Positions 1 through 12,726 are shown, numbered from the stretch's first letter. The stretch: DNA of 64,000 nt from Paramoeba atlantica (GCA_977017575.1 CDRNVI010000154.1:1-64000), one strand, 5' to 3'. Numbers and translations: made by a program. The notes: generated from the sequence alone by a model not told the origin.

Positions 1-401
1 GATTGAAAGCAAAACTTTGTGCCAATGGGAGTTCATGGAAATCAAATTCAGTCAATGATGTCTATTCCTCAATTGTAAGAGGATCCACTCTGAAAATCCT
101 CCTTGCTCTTGCAGCCCAATATAGTGCACAAGTTCAAGCTGGTGATATCTCAACTGCATATTGTTATGCCAAGATGAACCCAACTGGACCTAAGATGTAT
201 ATTCAACAAGCACCTGGTTTCAAAAGTAAAGACAAACCTCACTAGCTCTGAAAACTTGAAATGAATCTGTATGAATGGCCCCCTGCTAGAAGAAATTGGT
301 ATTTTTGTCTTCAAGATGATCTGCTCAAGATGGGTTTCAAACAAAGTCCAGCTGATCCCTGTTTGGGAAGAACCAAATCATTGGATGTTGGGAACAATTG
401 T
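1..401 (+). pseudogene. Ty1/copia family D reverse transcriptase, N-terminal half (relic)
   Basis: Reads LKAKLCANG...GDISTAY...QQAPGF...NLYE...GFKQSPADPCL, then after a frameshift EEPNHWMLGTIV, cut by the Copia-A LTR just before the expected DD. Confidence 0.8.
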
Positions 402-929
402 TGTTAGAATATCAGTATTCTTGGTTTGAAGAATGTTTGACTTAATGGAGAACATCATTTGTGAATTCTATGATCACGAGTTGTGCTATCCTGAAGCGAC
501 TCATCTTCCTCTTTCGAATGGTGCTAGTTCCATCTGAATCTGATAACTACACACCGAGATATTGATCAATCATTGAATTGTGCCTTCAAGAATACCTTTG
601 CTCTATTTCAGACCCAATTTGATTGCATAGTTTATTCTCCATATTCTGATCTTTCAGCCCATGAATTTATTTGTGCTGACGTCATCTGTTGTTCCCTTCC
701 TTAAACTTGTTGTGTCTTTGTGTCTCTTATGTGTGCTTTTATTTGTGTGTGTTTCTCTGTTTTTGCACTTGGTGTCACATTGACAAATGTGTGCTTGAAA
801 CCTGTTTGTAAATAAATGTGTGAGAGACTTTGTTTTTTTTCATGTTCCTGGCTCTCACCATAGAATGAAGTTTGCACCTTTCTTTTCTTTTCTCAGCAAT
901 CTTCTTCCACCAAACCCTGCCACTTGACA
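402..929 (+). repeat. 5' LTR of Copia-A copy 1
   Basis: TGTTAG...TTGACA termini; repeated at 6944-7381, 44962-45487 and 52389-52914. Confidence 0.95.
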
Positions 930-953
930 GATTAAGAGTCTAGGCTCTCTGCC
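930..953 (+). promoter_or_regulatory. Primer-binding site complementary to the D/anticodon arm of tRNA-Lys(CUU)
   Basis: GATTAAGAGTCTAGGCTCTCTGCC abuts the LTR; its reverse complement contains AGAGC-CTAGA-CTCTTAA-TC. There is no TGG (CCA-complement) start. Confidence 0.8.
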
Positions 954-1284
954 TGATCTTGTCATCAGTAGAACTTCAGTGTTTTACACCTTTCTTTGTT
1001 TTATTTTTTGTTTTATTTTTGTTTTATTTTCTATTTTTCTGTTTTTCATTTTTTGTTTTTTTGTTTTCACTCATTCACACCCATTCTCTCATTCATTCAA
1101 CAACTTCACTTGATTTCCTTTTTATTGCTCTTGCTCTCTCATTCCTTTTGCCTGTTTTTCTGTTTGTTTTAATCATGTGTTTTCACAATTCTGTGTGGTT
1201 TTCTCAGTTTTTCTCACTCATTTCCTCCTGTTGCTGTTTCTTGCCTTTCTCTCTCGCTCTCTTACATTTGTCACATCCTCAACT

Positions 1285-4200
1285 ATGGAAGATGATTACA
1301 GAGTAGTAGATTGGCCAGAGTTTGAACCAAAGAACAAGACATGGAAGGGTGCACTTGAGATTAATGAACTCAAAGGTGAATCCACCATTGAATTCATGCT
1401 CTGGCAAAAAGAGATGCTCATTCGACTTAGCATCCAAAATCTCATTCATCATCTATTCCTCAACAAAGTTCCTACAGGTGAACCTGTTCTAATCAAGTTT
1501 GAGGAGGAGATGGAGGAGGTTACAGAAAAATGGAAGAAGCTGAGAAGAAAAGAATCTTGGCAGAAAGAAAGGAGTTGGAGGCAAGACACAAAGAGAAATT
1601 GGAGTACAAGCAGCAAATCAACCAAAGACATTTTGATGACTGTATGGACAATCAAATGAATCTTACAAACTTACTGAATAAGGCTTGTGTTGGTCAAGCG
1701 AAGGGGTATCTTAGTGATTTGAAGAGAAGAACATCAAAACTTATTTGGGACACATTGATTTTAAATCTGAGTACCATGATTGTTCACAATGTAAAGGAAG
1801 CAAAAAGTAAGTTAGAGGATTGTTGTATCAGAGAAAATGAGATGATCTCTAGTTTTGAGTTGAGACTGAAGGAGTTATTTCTTCACGTTGAAGTGTTAAA
1901 AGGGAAACCAATACCAATGAACAAGAAATTGAGTTACATTTGAGATTCCATGCTGCAACAACGTTGGGAAGCCTTTTGAGGATTGCTTAGAGTGGGAGAG
2001 TGAACTGTAGAATCTGCTTTCTTGGAATTAAAACAAATTGAAGGTAGTTGCTCAAGTGCCAATAAGAAGAAAGAAGCCTTGAAGATGAAGGAGAACACTG
2101 CTGCCTATGTTGCTTTTTGGAAGAAGAATAACCCTGCTGCCAATCCTAATCAACAAGGAAATGTTGCCCCTCCTCACCAAGAAAGACAAGGAAATGGCCC
2201 TCCTTGTTGTAGTTCTCTAATTCCTTCTCCTCAAACATGCAACCAGTTTTGAAATTACCTTGGATGGGAAGATCCTCCCACCCCTCTGGCTAAAGCCTAT
2301 TTTCGTTGTGGTGCCACCAGTCACATTGTGAAAGGTTGCAACACAAACCCAGTGAACCAAAATGCTGTGGGACAACAAGCCAAGGCGAATTTCAATGCTT
2401 TTGTTCAAAAGATCAATGCTTGGAAGATGAAAATGAATAAAATCAATATTCCTATTTACTCCTGTTGTGTTTCTGCTCTCATTTCTTCTTCTCAATCTTC
2501 GATTCAATCTGCTTTTGTTGCAAAACAATCAAATGGAGCAACTGCTCTTGTTGATTCAGCTTGTTCAAACACAATTGTGAATGATCCAAATTTCACAACA
2601 AGAAATGCTTCACCCACAATGACCATAAGCATCAAGCAAGCAAATGGTGATCTGATTCCTGTTACAATGCAAGGTGACTTGGCAATTCATCCTGATTTGC
2701 TGCCTCTTCAAGATATCTCTGTAGTCCCCAATTGTGAAATGAATCTTCTCTCTGTGGCTCACATGTGTGAAACTTGGGATGCTTCTGTTGTTTTGAATTC
2801 TGACCAAATTCGTGTGATGAAAAAGAAGATCAATTTGAGCGATTCCCAGATGATTTTAAGTGGTCCACAGAACAATGGCTTGTATTATTTGGCTTTACCC
2901 AGTCGAACCAACTATCAACAATCTTATATTGCTGAAGAAGTAACTCACCCAAAAAATGAAACCCCTGAGGATGCTTCTTCATCTCAACCTCTCTGCAAGA
3001 AAAGAATCTGTAGAACCCTCTGTCCTACCTGTGAGAAAGAATGGAAATATTGGCATAATAAATTGTGTCATTTTTCTGGTTTGAAAAGGACTATTAATGC
3101 TTGTGTGGTTGACAGTTTGCCCCTGTAATATCACAGATTGAGAATGGATCAAAATGTTTGTACTGCTTGTGAGTTGGCCAAAGTGAAAAAGAAGAGTCAT
3201 ACCCCTGGTACAAGAACAAAATGAAAACTCAGTGAAATGTTACACATTGACAACCATGAGAAAAATATACTTTCTTATTGGAAGAACAAATACTCTCTCT
3301 CAGTTGTTGAAGACTACTCCAAGATGGATTTATCTGAATTCCTCAAGAAAAAGAGTGATGCTGGTGAAGTGCTGATCAACCTGATTGCAAAGCTTCAAAG
3401 ACAATTGGATGTGAAGGTCAAAATCATTCAATGTGATGGTGCTCAAGAATTTGTTGGTCCTACAATGAAAATTGGACAATATTGTGCTGAGAAAGGAATT
3501 CATATCAGATTTTCTAGTAGAGATGATTCTGCTGAAAATGGTGTTGCTGAATGTGCAAATGAGACTTGATGGAACACTGCTCAAGCAATTCGAATCCACA
3601 CTGGATTGCCTGAACAATTTTGGGATTATGTTGAAAAACTTGCAAGTGTTGTGAGCTCCTACATTGTGAAAGAAGGTGAAGAGATTTCCCCCTTCCAGAA
3701 ACTGTATGGTTGCAAACCCAATATTGAGTTGATCCGCCCTTTTGGTTGCCATGCTTTTGCGCACATTTCCTGAAAGAACAGAACCAAACTGATGCATAAA
3801 GCGTGCCCTGTGATCTATCTTGGCCCTTCAGAAAAAATTAATGGTTATATTTTGTATGACCCTGTAAAGAAAACTATTTTTGAAAGTTCAAGTGTGGTAT
3901 TTGATGAATATGTTTTTGGTGTTTTGAACCTGTTGAAGTGTATTGATAGAGGGAATATCCCACACTATTTTGACACTTATTTGAATGAAAAATTCATTGA
4001 TTTTTCGAAATTATCAGACCGTGATGACATTCTAAGTATGAACACAAATCATGTGGATTGTGTACATGAGAATCCTGATGATTCTGCTGAAATTGTAATT
4101 GATGATGATTACCCTGTTGATGTTGAAAGGGAGAATGGAATAGGCCATTCCACTCCTGCTCCTGTAAACTTACATTCAAAACATACTGCTTTGAATGAGA

Positions 4201-6925
4201 AAACCCACAGTACAGATGTGTACAGTGATGATGATAATGATGAGATGGTGCTTCTCAGTATGCCTCCTTCTGATTTTACTCAGAGTGATGGTTCTTACAC
4301 ATCTACATCTTCCTCTTGTTCCTCTTCTAGTTCCTCTTCTTCTCCAATTGTTAATCCTGCTCAAGCTGCTGCAGCCCCTGATTCTGAAATTCTCCCTCAA
4401 ATGACAGAATTAGATATGAAGGATGAAGAAAGTGAAGGAACTGAAAATGATTCTGCTGACAAAAATGAACCTGAATTGCCAATTGACCTCGATAATTATG
4501 AAATGTTTGATTACCCATCAGATGATCATGATCCTAACTCTTATGACCCTGCAGACCAATCTGCATCTCCTTACTCTTCCTCTACATACAACTCTGAAAC
4601 TGATCCTGAAGTTGATTTCAATCTTGTTACTCAATCTCAACCTGATGATGAAATTAACATCTCTGAACCAAATGAATCTGATGATGCAGCCAAAGAAGTA
4701 AGACACTCTGCTCGCTTCCAAGACCCTGACTACCAACATAGCGCCATTGGAAAAGCGTTCAGTGCCCTGAAAATACCTTGGAATATGTTTGGTAAACCTG
4801 ACTGTGGTTACAAAGATCTTGATTTCCTTGACTATGCCTTCCATGCTGACCAAGTTGTTAATGACAAAGTTTTTTTTTTTAAGGTTCAGACACCAGGTGC
4901 CATTTATTAGAGTTAAAAAACCATCTCTGGGATGGAAAAGAGGGGGGAAAAAAGGGGGGGGAGAGGAAAGATAAATTAAGAGTTAGATCCAAAGATCTCT
5001 TCAGCATGGGATGCATTGGAGTTTCTTTACCAACTTTAGTTCTCACTAAGGGGTCTGCATTTGATTGTTTGCCTTCTAAAACCAGGGAGTGAATTCGGTT
5101 TGGAGGTTTCTATGAAGTTAATTACATTCCTTCGAAAATCTTTCTTGATAAAGCTCCTCACCAGATTGCTCTCTTGGGACTGATGGAACCATCCTTGGAT
5201 ATCTTTAGTAATTATTACAGGGAAAATTAGAGCATTCTCAAGAGCAGTTTGGGTTGGAAACAAAACATGGGGGGTTGTCACTGTGTTTCCTTGGAATTTC
5301 CTTATGTTAATGACAAAGTTACCCCTTGATCCTACAAGCAAGCCACTCATTCAAATGAAAAAAAAGAATAGAAACAAGCCTGCAAAAGAAAATATAATGC
5401 TCATATTGAAAATAAAACTTGGGAATTGGTGCCACCTCCTCTGAAGTTCCCCAAGGATGGAAAAAAACACATTATTATGCAAGGCCTGTGGCAATTTCGA
5501 ATTAAGACTGAAAATGGTGTAATATCCAAGTTCAAAGCTTGATTTTGTGCTAATGGTTCTTGTGTAAAATATAGTCTTGCGAAAGATCCCAATTTCGACC
5601 AAAAAGATAATTATGCTGGAACTGCAACCACTGAATCTCTCAATTTGACATTTGCTATTGCTGCTATGTTTGACCTTGATGTGAATTCTGGAGATGTCCC
5701 AAGTGCCTATATCCAAGCTGACATTCCTGATGGCGATATTGTTTATTATGTCACTCAACCCAAAGGTTTTGAAGATCCTGAATATTCTGAATATCTCTGT
5801 CAATTGAACAAAGCTCTCTATGATGTGCCAATTGCTGGACAATGTTGGAATCTGACTTTTCGAAAATTTCTTATTGAAGAGCTGCAATTCTATTGTCTGA
5901 CTGCTGATCCCAATCTCTACATTTGTGTTGAACCTGACAGAAACTTCTGTTTATTTCCAACTGTTGTTGATGATAATTTGGATGTTTGTACTTGTCCAAA
6001 GCTTTGTGAAGAGATTTACTCCAAACTGATTGAAAGATTCAAGTGGAAGCCCAGCGGAAAATGCTCCTGGTTCCTTGGTTGTGGTGTGAAACAAAATCAC
6101 AAAGAAATTTCTCTCAATCAGCATGCCTTCCTCAACAATTTATTGGAGAGTTTTGACTGCCACAAAATAAGAAAGAGTGATACTCCTGCCATGAGTAAAG
6201 TTCTGCCTATGCCTAAGCCTAATGAACCCCCTACTGATTTTTCCTATGCAAGTCTTGTTGGTTCTCTAATTTGGTTGATGAAAACTCATCCTGATATTTC
6301 ATATGCTGTTTCCCAATGCTCTCACTTCTTGAATACCCACACTGAAGATTATGACAAAGCTGCTCTGCAAATTCTAGGTTATCTTGCCAAATATTCTGAT
6401 TATGAATTGATATTTCCTAAATCCAAATCTGAGACTAAAGAACTTGTGATTTCTGCCCAAGCTGACTCAAGCCATCAAGATGTTACAGAAAACAGATCCT
6501 CATTTTACGGTTTTGCTATTTTTGCAAATGGTTCCCCCATTTCCTGGTGTTCCAAGAAATCTCCTCAAGTTTGTTGGTCCAGTTGTGAATCTGAATACCA
6601 TGCCCTTGCTGAAGCATCCCGTGAATTGAAATTTGTTGATAACATTCTCTCTGAGTTGTGCATCCTGTACAAAAGACCTTTCTTGCTCCAATCTGATTCT
6701 GAACCTGCAATGGCTATTGCAAAGATTCCCCATGTAAACCAAAGAACTAAGCAAATTGAAGCCTTTGATCATTACACAAGAAAAGCATTGCAAGATGGCT
6801 TGATTGAATTGGATTATGTGCCCACTAAAGATAACCTTGCCGATATTTTTACAAAACCCCTTGGACTCAATGTGTTTACACCTCACCGGAATAATCTTAT
6901 TCATCCCCGTTGCTCTGCGAATTAA
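1285..6925 (+). pseudogene. Copia-A gag-pol (stops, frameshifts, LINE insertion)
   Basis: Zinc knuckle (Y/C)FRCGATSHIVKGC, protease LVDSAC, integrase WHNKLCH...CTAC, CDGAQEF, ENGVAE; RT GDVPSAY, TVVDD; RNase H SSCESEY, ADIFTK. Confidence 0.93.
4872..5304 (-). mobile_element. 5'-truncated LINE family 1 insertion (3' end) in Copia-A pol
   Basis: Matches 23620-24048 in reverse with a poly(T); 16-bp TSD TGTTAATGACAAAGTT at 4856-4871 and 5305-5320; the empty site is seen in Copia-A copy 2 near 48000-48016. Confidence 0.95.
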
Positions 6926-6931
6926 CTTCAT

Positions 6932-6943
6932 GATGAAAGGGAG
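6932..6943 (+). promoter_or_regulatory. Polypurine tract of Copia-A copy 1
   Basis: GATGAAAGGGAG immediately before the 3' LTR TG. Confidence 0.85.
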
Positions 6944-7381
6944 TGTTAGAATATCAGTATTCTTGGTTTGAAGAATGTTTGACTTAATGGAGAACATCAT
7001 TTGTGAATTCTATGATCACGAGTTGTGCTATCCTGAAGCGACTCATCTTCTTCTTTCGAATGGTGCTAGTTCCATCTGAATCTGACAACTACACACCGAG
7101 ATATTGATCAATCATTGAATTGTACCTTCAAGAATACCTTTGCCCTATTTCAGACCCAATTTGATTGCATAGTTTATTCTCCATATTCTGATCTTTCAGC
7201 TTGTGAATTTATTTGTGCTGACATCATCTGTTGTTCCCTTCCTTAAACTTGTTATGTCTTTGTGTCTCTTATGTGTGCTTTTATTTGTGTGTGTTTCTCT
7301 GCTTTTGCACTTGGTGTTACATTAACAAATGTGTGCTTGAAACCTGTTCGTAAATAAACACATGAGAGACTTTGTTTTTTT
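6944..7381 (+). repeat. 3' LTR of Copia-A copy 1, lacking its last ~90 bp
   Basis: Matches 402-~840, then joins the Copia-D sequence abruptly. Confidence 0.92.
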
Positions 7382-8305
7382 ATTGAGCAAAAAGTTGTGG
7401 CCCACCTCCAAAAACACTTCAAAATAAAATACTTCAGAGATATTGATTGGTTGATTGGAATGGGAATTCAACAACTGTTGAACCATGAGATTCACATTGA
7501 GCAACACAATTATATTCAATCAATTTTGGACAAATATGAACATTTGATTGAACAAAAAGTTAGCACACTTGGTGAACCTGGAACCCACATTCAACCTGGC
7601 CCTAAAGACTATGAATTTGCTTTGCCAATTTGTTCAATTTTAGGAAGTTTGATCTATACTTGCAACACCTGTATTGATTTAACTTATGCAGTCAGCTATG
7701 CTTGCAAGTACCAATCATGTCCATCCCTTGAACTTGAACATATTCTTTGCTGGATTTTATTGTACCTCAAATTTGCTCCCCACCTTGAAATAAAATACAC
7801 TCAATTGCTTGGTTGGAAACAAGGTGAACCACTTCAACTCATTGAATACTGTGACACAAGCTTTGCTGACTTGCATGATTGCAAATGCTCCTATGGTTAT
7901 TTCATTCTTCTGAATGGTTGTTTGATCTTCTGGGTTGCAAAAGTCATGAAGACTGTCCTCTTTTCAACTGCTAAAGCTGAATACTTTGCACTCACTGAAG
8001 TAAAAAAAGAAATACTTAGAGTAAAGAATGTCCTCAAAACTGTTGGACTCAAAGTCAAAACACCAGTTTCAGTCTATTGTGACAATCTTTCAGTGATTCA
8101 CCTCACCAACAATCCAATGATAAAAACAAAAATTCAACACATCAACATCAAATTCCATTGGATTTGTGAACATATTGAGAATGAAACTATAATTGTATAC
8201 CACACCCCCACAGAAGAGCAAGCTACAAACCTTTTTACAAAAGCTTTGCTCAGACCCACACATCAGAAACACATTTTAAAACTTCTTCACTCAATCCCAC
8301 TTTAG
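7382..8305 (+). pseudogene. Ty1/copia family D RT C-half and RNase H
   Basis: IDWLIGM, ILGSLIY, IDLTYAVS, YCDTSFA, STAKAEY, YCDNLS, QATNLFTKAL; continues the RT fragment at 1-401. Confidence 0.85.
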
Positions 8306-8313
8306 AAGTCTTA

Positions 8314-8560
8314 GAATGAAAGGGAGTGCTAAATATTATATTTGGTGATCTATTTTTAGTGCTTCAAACATCATCCCCACTTTTCAGTGAACCAATTGTT
8401 TTTCTTGAACTATTTAATTTTGTAACTTTTCTTTTCTTGTTCTTGAGAATAAAGCATTTCTTCTTTTCTTAATTCATTTTTCCTTTTCCTCTTTTTCTTT
8501 CTTTGTGAGTACTTTTGAAGTCTTGTCTTCAACCATTCCCACATTTTCCAACAACAGCTA
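8314..8560 (+). repeat. Copia-D polypurine tract and start of 3' LTR (end uncertain)
   Basis: GAATGAAAGGGAG then TGCTAAA, closely resembling the family A PPT/LTR junction. Confidence 0.55.
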
Positions 8561-8896
8561 GTTCCTCCATTGTTTGAGTTATCCTGTGAATTTTATACTT
8601 CAAAAAGCTTAATTGAAGCATATGACTTAGAGGAAATTTGATTTGTTCTTTCAAGACTCACCATCATGAACTTGCTAGTATTTCCAAGGAAGGTATAGGA
8701 TAGAGGGACTTCTTTAAGAGGAACAAAGTTAAATTGTACACCATCTCTGGTAGCTTGTATTCTAATCTTAACTCCTTTAGAGTTACAAGTGTTGATCAAG
8801 TATATTTTTGTTTGCATCAATTTGCTAACATTACTTAAATATCTTTTTGTAAAATTTCAAATAAACAATCTAAACAAGCAGGATGATTGATTTGGC

Positions 8897-9208
8897 AAGT
8901 AGGACATTTATTAAGTGATAATCTAACCCAAAGCTACTAATTTTTTAAGGTTAAAAATAATAAAGATAGAATTTTACCTCTTTAAGTTCAAATGATCCAA
9001 AGACCTTTAATTCACTCAAACTCCTTCTTAAAGAATTTATTTTCTGCTTTTTAGCAGACAGAGCAGAGAATAATCTGTTCTGTTTTTCACATTCAAGTGA
9101 GTAAGAAGAGAAAATAATATTTTTAATATTTTTCTCTTTGGGATTTGAACCTGCAACCCTAAATTGAAGCAATAGCTATTTTATCAACTAAGCCATCATG
9201 CCACAATT
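8897..9208 (-). mobile_element. SINE-B (tRNA-like head, poly(A) tail)
   Basis: Reverse match to 11037-11360. Confidence 0.85.
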
Positions 9209-9258
9209 CAAGTTGGTTCCTTCTCCTCAATTGTCTTCCAACACTACTCTCTTCTTTA

Positions 9259-9871
9259 GTTTTTTCTTTTTAACACTGGACTTTATTAGGTGATAGCCTA
9301 ATCCAAAGCCACTAATTTTTTAAGGTTAAAAATAATGAGGATAGAGTTTCACCTCTTTAGATTCAAATGATTCAAAGACCTTTAATTCACTTAAACTCCT
9401 TCTCAGGGAATTTATTCTCTGCTTTTTAGTAGACAGGGCAGAGAATAACCTGTTTCATTTTTCATATTTTTAATATTTTCCTCTTTGGGATTTAAACCTG
9501 CAACTCTAAATTGAAGCAATAGCTGTTTTATCAACTAAACCATCATTTTTTTCTTTTTAACACTAGACTTTATTAGGTGATGGCCTAACCCAAAGCCACT
9601 AATTTTTTAAGATTAAAAATAATGAGGATAGAGTTTCATTCTTTATTTAATTCACTTAAACTCCTTCTTAAAGAATTTATTCTCTGCTTTTTAGCAGACA
9701 GGGCAGAAAATAACCTGTTTTGTTTTTCACATTCAAGTGAGCAAGAAGAGAAAATAATATTTTTAATATTTTCCTTTTTGGGATTTGAACCTGCAACCCT
9801 AAATTGAAGCAATAGCTGTTTTACCAACTAAGCTATTATGCTACAATTAATTAAGCTATCATACCACAATT
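9259..9871 (-). mobile_element. Two tandem SINE-B copies (9259-9545, 9546-9848) plus a head fragment
   Basis: Reverse matches to 11037-11360, each starting with a T-rich tail. Confidence 0.85.
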
Positions 9872-11036
9872 AAGTAGAGCATCTCACTACTATATCAAAA
9901 GAGCCTTGCTGGGGTTCAAACAGAGACTTGAACTTGGATAGTACTAATTCCCAACCATTCCTTGATGTGAACAATAAAACAAACTAAGTTAATGGAAATT
10001 TGGGAAAAAACAAAACAATACAATTTTAAATTATTTGTACAACTTTCTTCAAGTTGTATCTTAGAAGAGAATTTGAATCAGCAAAAAGATTCTAGATCCA
10101 CTTCACACCCTTGGCTTTGAAAGGGATCCTAATTTTAAGTTTTCACAATTTTGCATTCTTGTTATTCCTTCAAATAAAGGATTCACCACATTTGATTTTT
10201 AAGAAAATACAAATTTTAAAAATAAAATTCAGGTTCATTTTTTTTAGTAGCAATTTAGTGTTTAAAGGTATTATAAACAACTTTTTGATGATTGTTAAGG
10301 TGGTAATTTTATGTTTTTTTTTTCAAATATCAAATGTACAAACCCAGCACCTATAATTCAAAATCCATTTTCATTTTTCAAAAACTGTGTTTTCAAATGT
10401 AACCCAACTTGGTTAATTCAAAACTTGGTGTATTTTTCCATCTTAAATAAAAAAGAAGAGAAAGCCCAATATCTTTTTTGTTATGATAAAGAACTGTCCC
10501 ACAAGCAATTAAGAGCTAAAATTCTTCAATTAAGCAAAAATCTTTGTTGAAAGAGTTTTTGAGAAGGAGTTCAGATCTGAACAAAGTGAGCAGTTTGTTT
10601 AGACATTTGAGAGAAAAACAAAAAACAAAAAGAAAAAAAAAAAAAAAAAACAAAAAACTTGAACTAAATCATTTTGGTTATATTTTTCAAATAAAAAAAA
10701 GAAAAAAAGTAATCTGAAAAGACTCTAAGATGAAAATTGCTAATTTTTTTGCTTTTCAAATTTTTGATTCTTTTTTCAAAATGTTTGTTAGATTCAATCT
10801 CAAAAGAAAAAAATAAATTCAATCACAAAAAAAGAAAAGAAAGAGATTAAAAATGGAATTATTGCTCTATCAACCAATTTTCCATGATTCTTTGTTTTCT
10901 TTTTTATGAACATTATCACCAAAAAACCCTTTTCCTCTTTCAATGTTATTGTTTCCTCTTATTTGTTTTTCAAAGCCATCTAAGGATAGTTATTCTACTC
11001 TCTCTCTCCTCTTTCACTTTTATTATTTGATTGTTT

Positions 11037-11360
11037 AATTGTGGCATGATGGTTTAGTTGGTAAAACAGCTATTACTTCAATTTAGGGTTGCAGGTTCAA
11101 ATCTCAAAGAGGAAAATATTAAAAATATTATTTTTTCTTCCTGTTCACTTGAATATGAAAAATGGAACAGGTTATTCTTTGCTCTGTCTGCTAAAAAGCA
11201 GAGAATAAATTCTCTGAGAAGGAGTTTAAGTGAATTAAAGGTTTTTGAACTATTTAAACCTAAAGAAGTAAAACTCTATCTTCATTATTTTTAACCTTAA
11301 AAAATTAGTGGCTTTAGGTTAGACCATCACCTAATAAAATCCAGTGTTAAAAAGAAAAAA
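11037..11360 (+). mobile_element. SINE-B, full length (~325 bp)
   Basis: Box A TGGTTTAGTTGG, box B GGTTCAAATC, A-rich tail; 16-bp TSD TATTATTTGATTGTTT at 11021-11036 and 11361-11376. Confidence 0.9.
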
Positions 11361-12037
11361 TATTATTTGATTGTTTTTGTTTTTCAATTGTATGAGAACT
11401 TGTAAAAACAAATAAGAGTTTAGTGTTTTGGAAAGTGCTTGAAAAGAAGGTTGTGTTTCCATTTAATCATCTTGTTTTTCTTTTTCTTTCTTTTTTTTCT
11501 TTTGTTTTTCTTCCCTTTTTTTCTTTCTTTTGTTTTTCTTCCCTTTTTTTCTCCTTTTTTTTCCTTTTTTTTTTTTCTTTTTTTTTTTTTTATTATTCTT
11601 ATCATTTTTAAAAATATCTTTTTTGAATCCACACAATACAGGTTTCTAAAATTGTTGGAAAAATGAATTGAAAAAAAACAAGTGGTTCACATGGACTCTT
11701 AAAATCAATGGATTATTTAAAACTGGAACAACTACATTATTTTAATAAGAAAACCAGGAAAAAGCACTATTGTTGTTGAAAACTTATTTTGAAACTAAAT
11801 CAACAACAGTTTTTCTCTAAATCTATCACCAACTTTGGAGCAGGAAGTTTTGGAAATGGAATTTCAAACTCTAGTGATTTCAAGTGTATTGGCTTTCCAG
11901 ACAAAGGATCTAAGACTTATTGAAATATTATTACATTATTTGGATTTTTTAATAATCCATATTATTTATCATCATATTCACAAACTGTACTTGTTTCAAA
12001 TTATTAGATTTCTCAAGGTTTTGCAAGTCTATTTATT

Positions 12038-12463
12038 TTTTTTTTTTTTTTTTTTTGAGGCAGACTTTATTCAATTAGTAGTTCTTAATCTAAGTCATTT
12101 GAATTACATTAAATTATGTTTGTTTTTAACCTCTAACAAGAGGTGAAGTTTTAAACTTCAGCTTAGTTCAGTCGGTCTTTATGCTGAACTTTAGAACTTC
12201 TGCAAGTTCAGGCTGGAGGATGTACATCAGAAGGGAGAATAATCCAAAGCTCCTTCCAAGGGAATTTATTCTCAACTTTTTAGCAGACAGGGCTGAGATG
12301 TAACCTGTTTCGATTTTCACACTTCTTCAAGAGCTCCTCACTCCAATCAAATCACTCTACAACACCAGAAAAATTTTCTATAATATCGAAAAACTGGGAT
12401 TTAAACTCACCCCCCCGAGGTTGGACATAGTCGAATTTACAACTAAACTACAGGCACCAACCC
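12038..12463 (-). mobile_element. SINE-A, full length (~425 bp)
   Basis: Poly(T)...GGCACCAACCC; 18-bp TSD TTTGCAAGTCTATTTATT at 12020-12037 and 12464-12481. Confidence 0.93.
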
Positions 12464-12726
12464 TTTGCAAGTCTATTTATTAAATTTTAAGAAATTATAA
12501 TCCTTCAAAATACACAAAAAAAAAATGAATTAACTTTTTTGAATTGCTTTCTTCACAACTCACTTTCCAATGAGCAAATAATAAATGAGTTCTTAAATTA
12601 GTCTTTTTGAAATGTTAGACTTGAACTTTTCAAAAGTTCAAGTTCAGTGTTTCAAAAGGTTTATCTTTTTTAATCCATGTTCTTTCATCTTCATTACAAA
12701 GAATCTTCAAAGAGATAAACCACTTT

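Larger units (their letters stand above)
402..7381 (+). mobile_element. Ty1/copia LTR retrotransposon, family A, copy 1 (degenerate, 3' LTR truncated)
   Basis: LTR-PBS-gag-PR-IN-RT-RH-PPT-LTR order; homologous over its length to the copy at 44962-52914. Confidence 0.95.

Noticed and set aside
959-1306. Hydrophobic Phe/Leu-rich ORFs here and at 11423-11666, 38482-39311, 51914-52359 as membrane or env-like proteins
   Set aside because: They arise from T-rich leader, LTR or low-complexity sequence; no env-like ORF lies between pol and the PPT in either copia.
3990-4870. Long Ser/Asp/Glu-rich region in Copia-A as a captured domain
   Set aside because: It is a low-complexity linker between integrase and RT, common in copia pol; family B has a similar acidic linker.
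8897-9871. Tandem repeats resembling a CRISPR or satellite array
   Set aside because: They are adjacent SINE-B insertions of ~300 bp with tails; there are no short repeats with unique spacers.
11830-11870. GAGSFG as a protein-kinase glycine loop
   Set aside because: No downstream kinase motifs (VAIK, HRD, DFG) were found in any frame.
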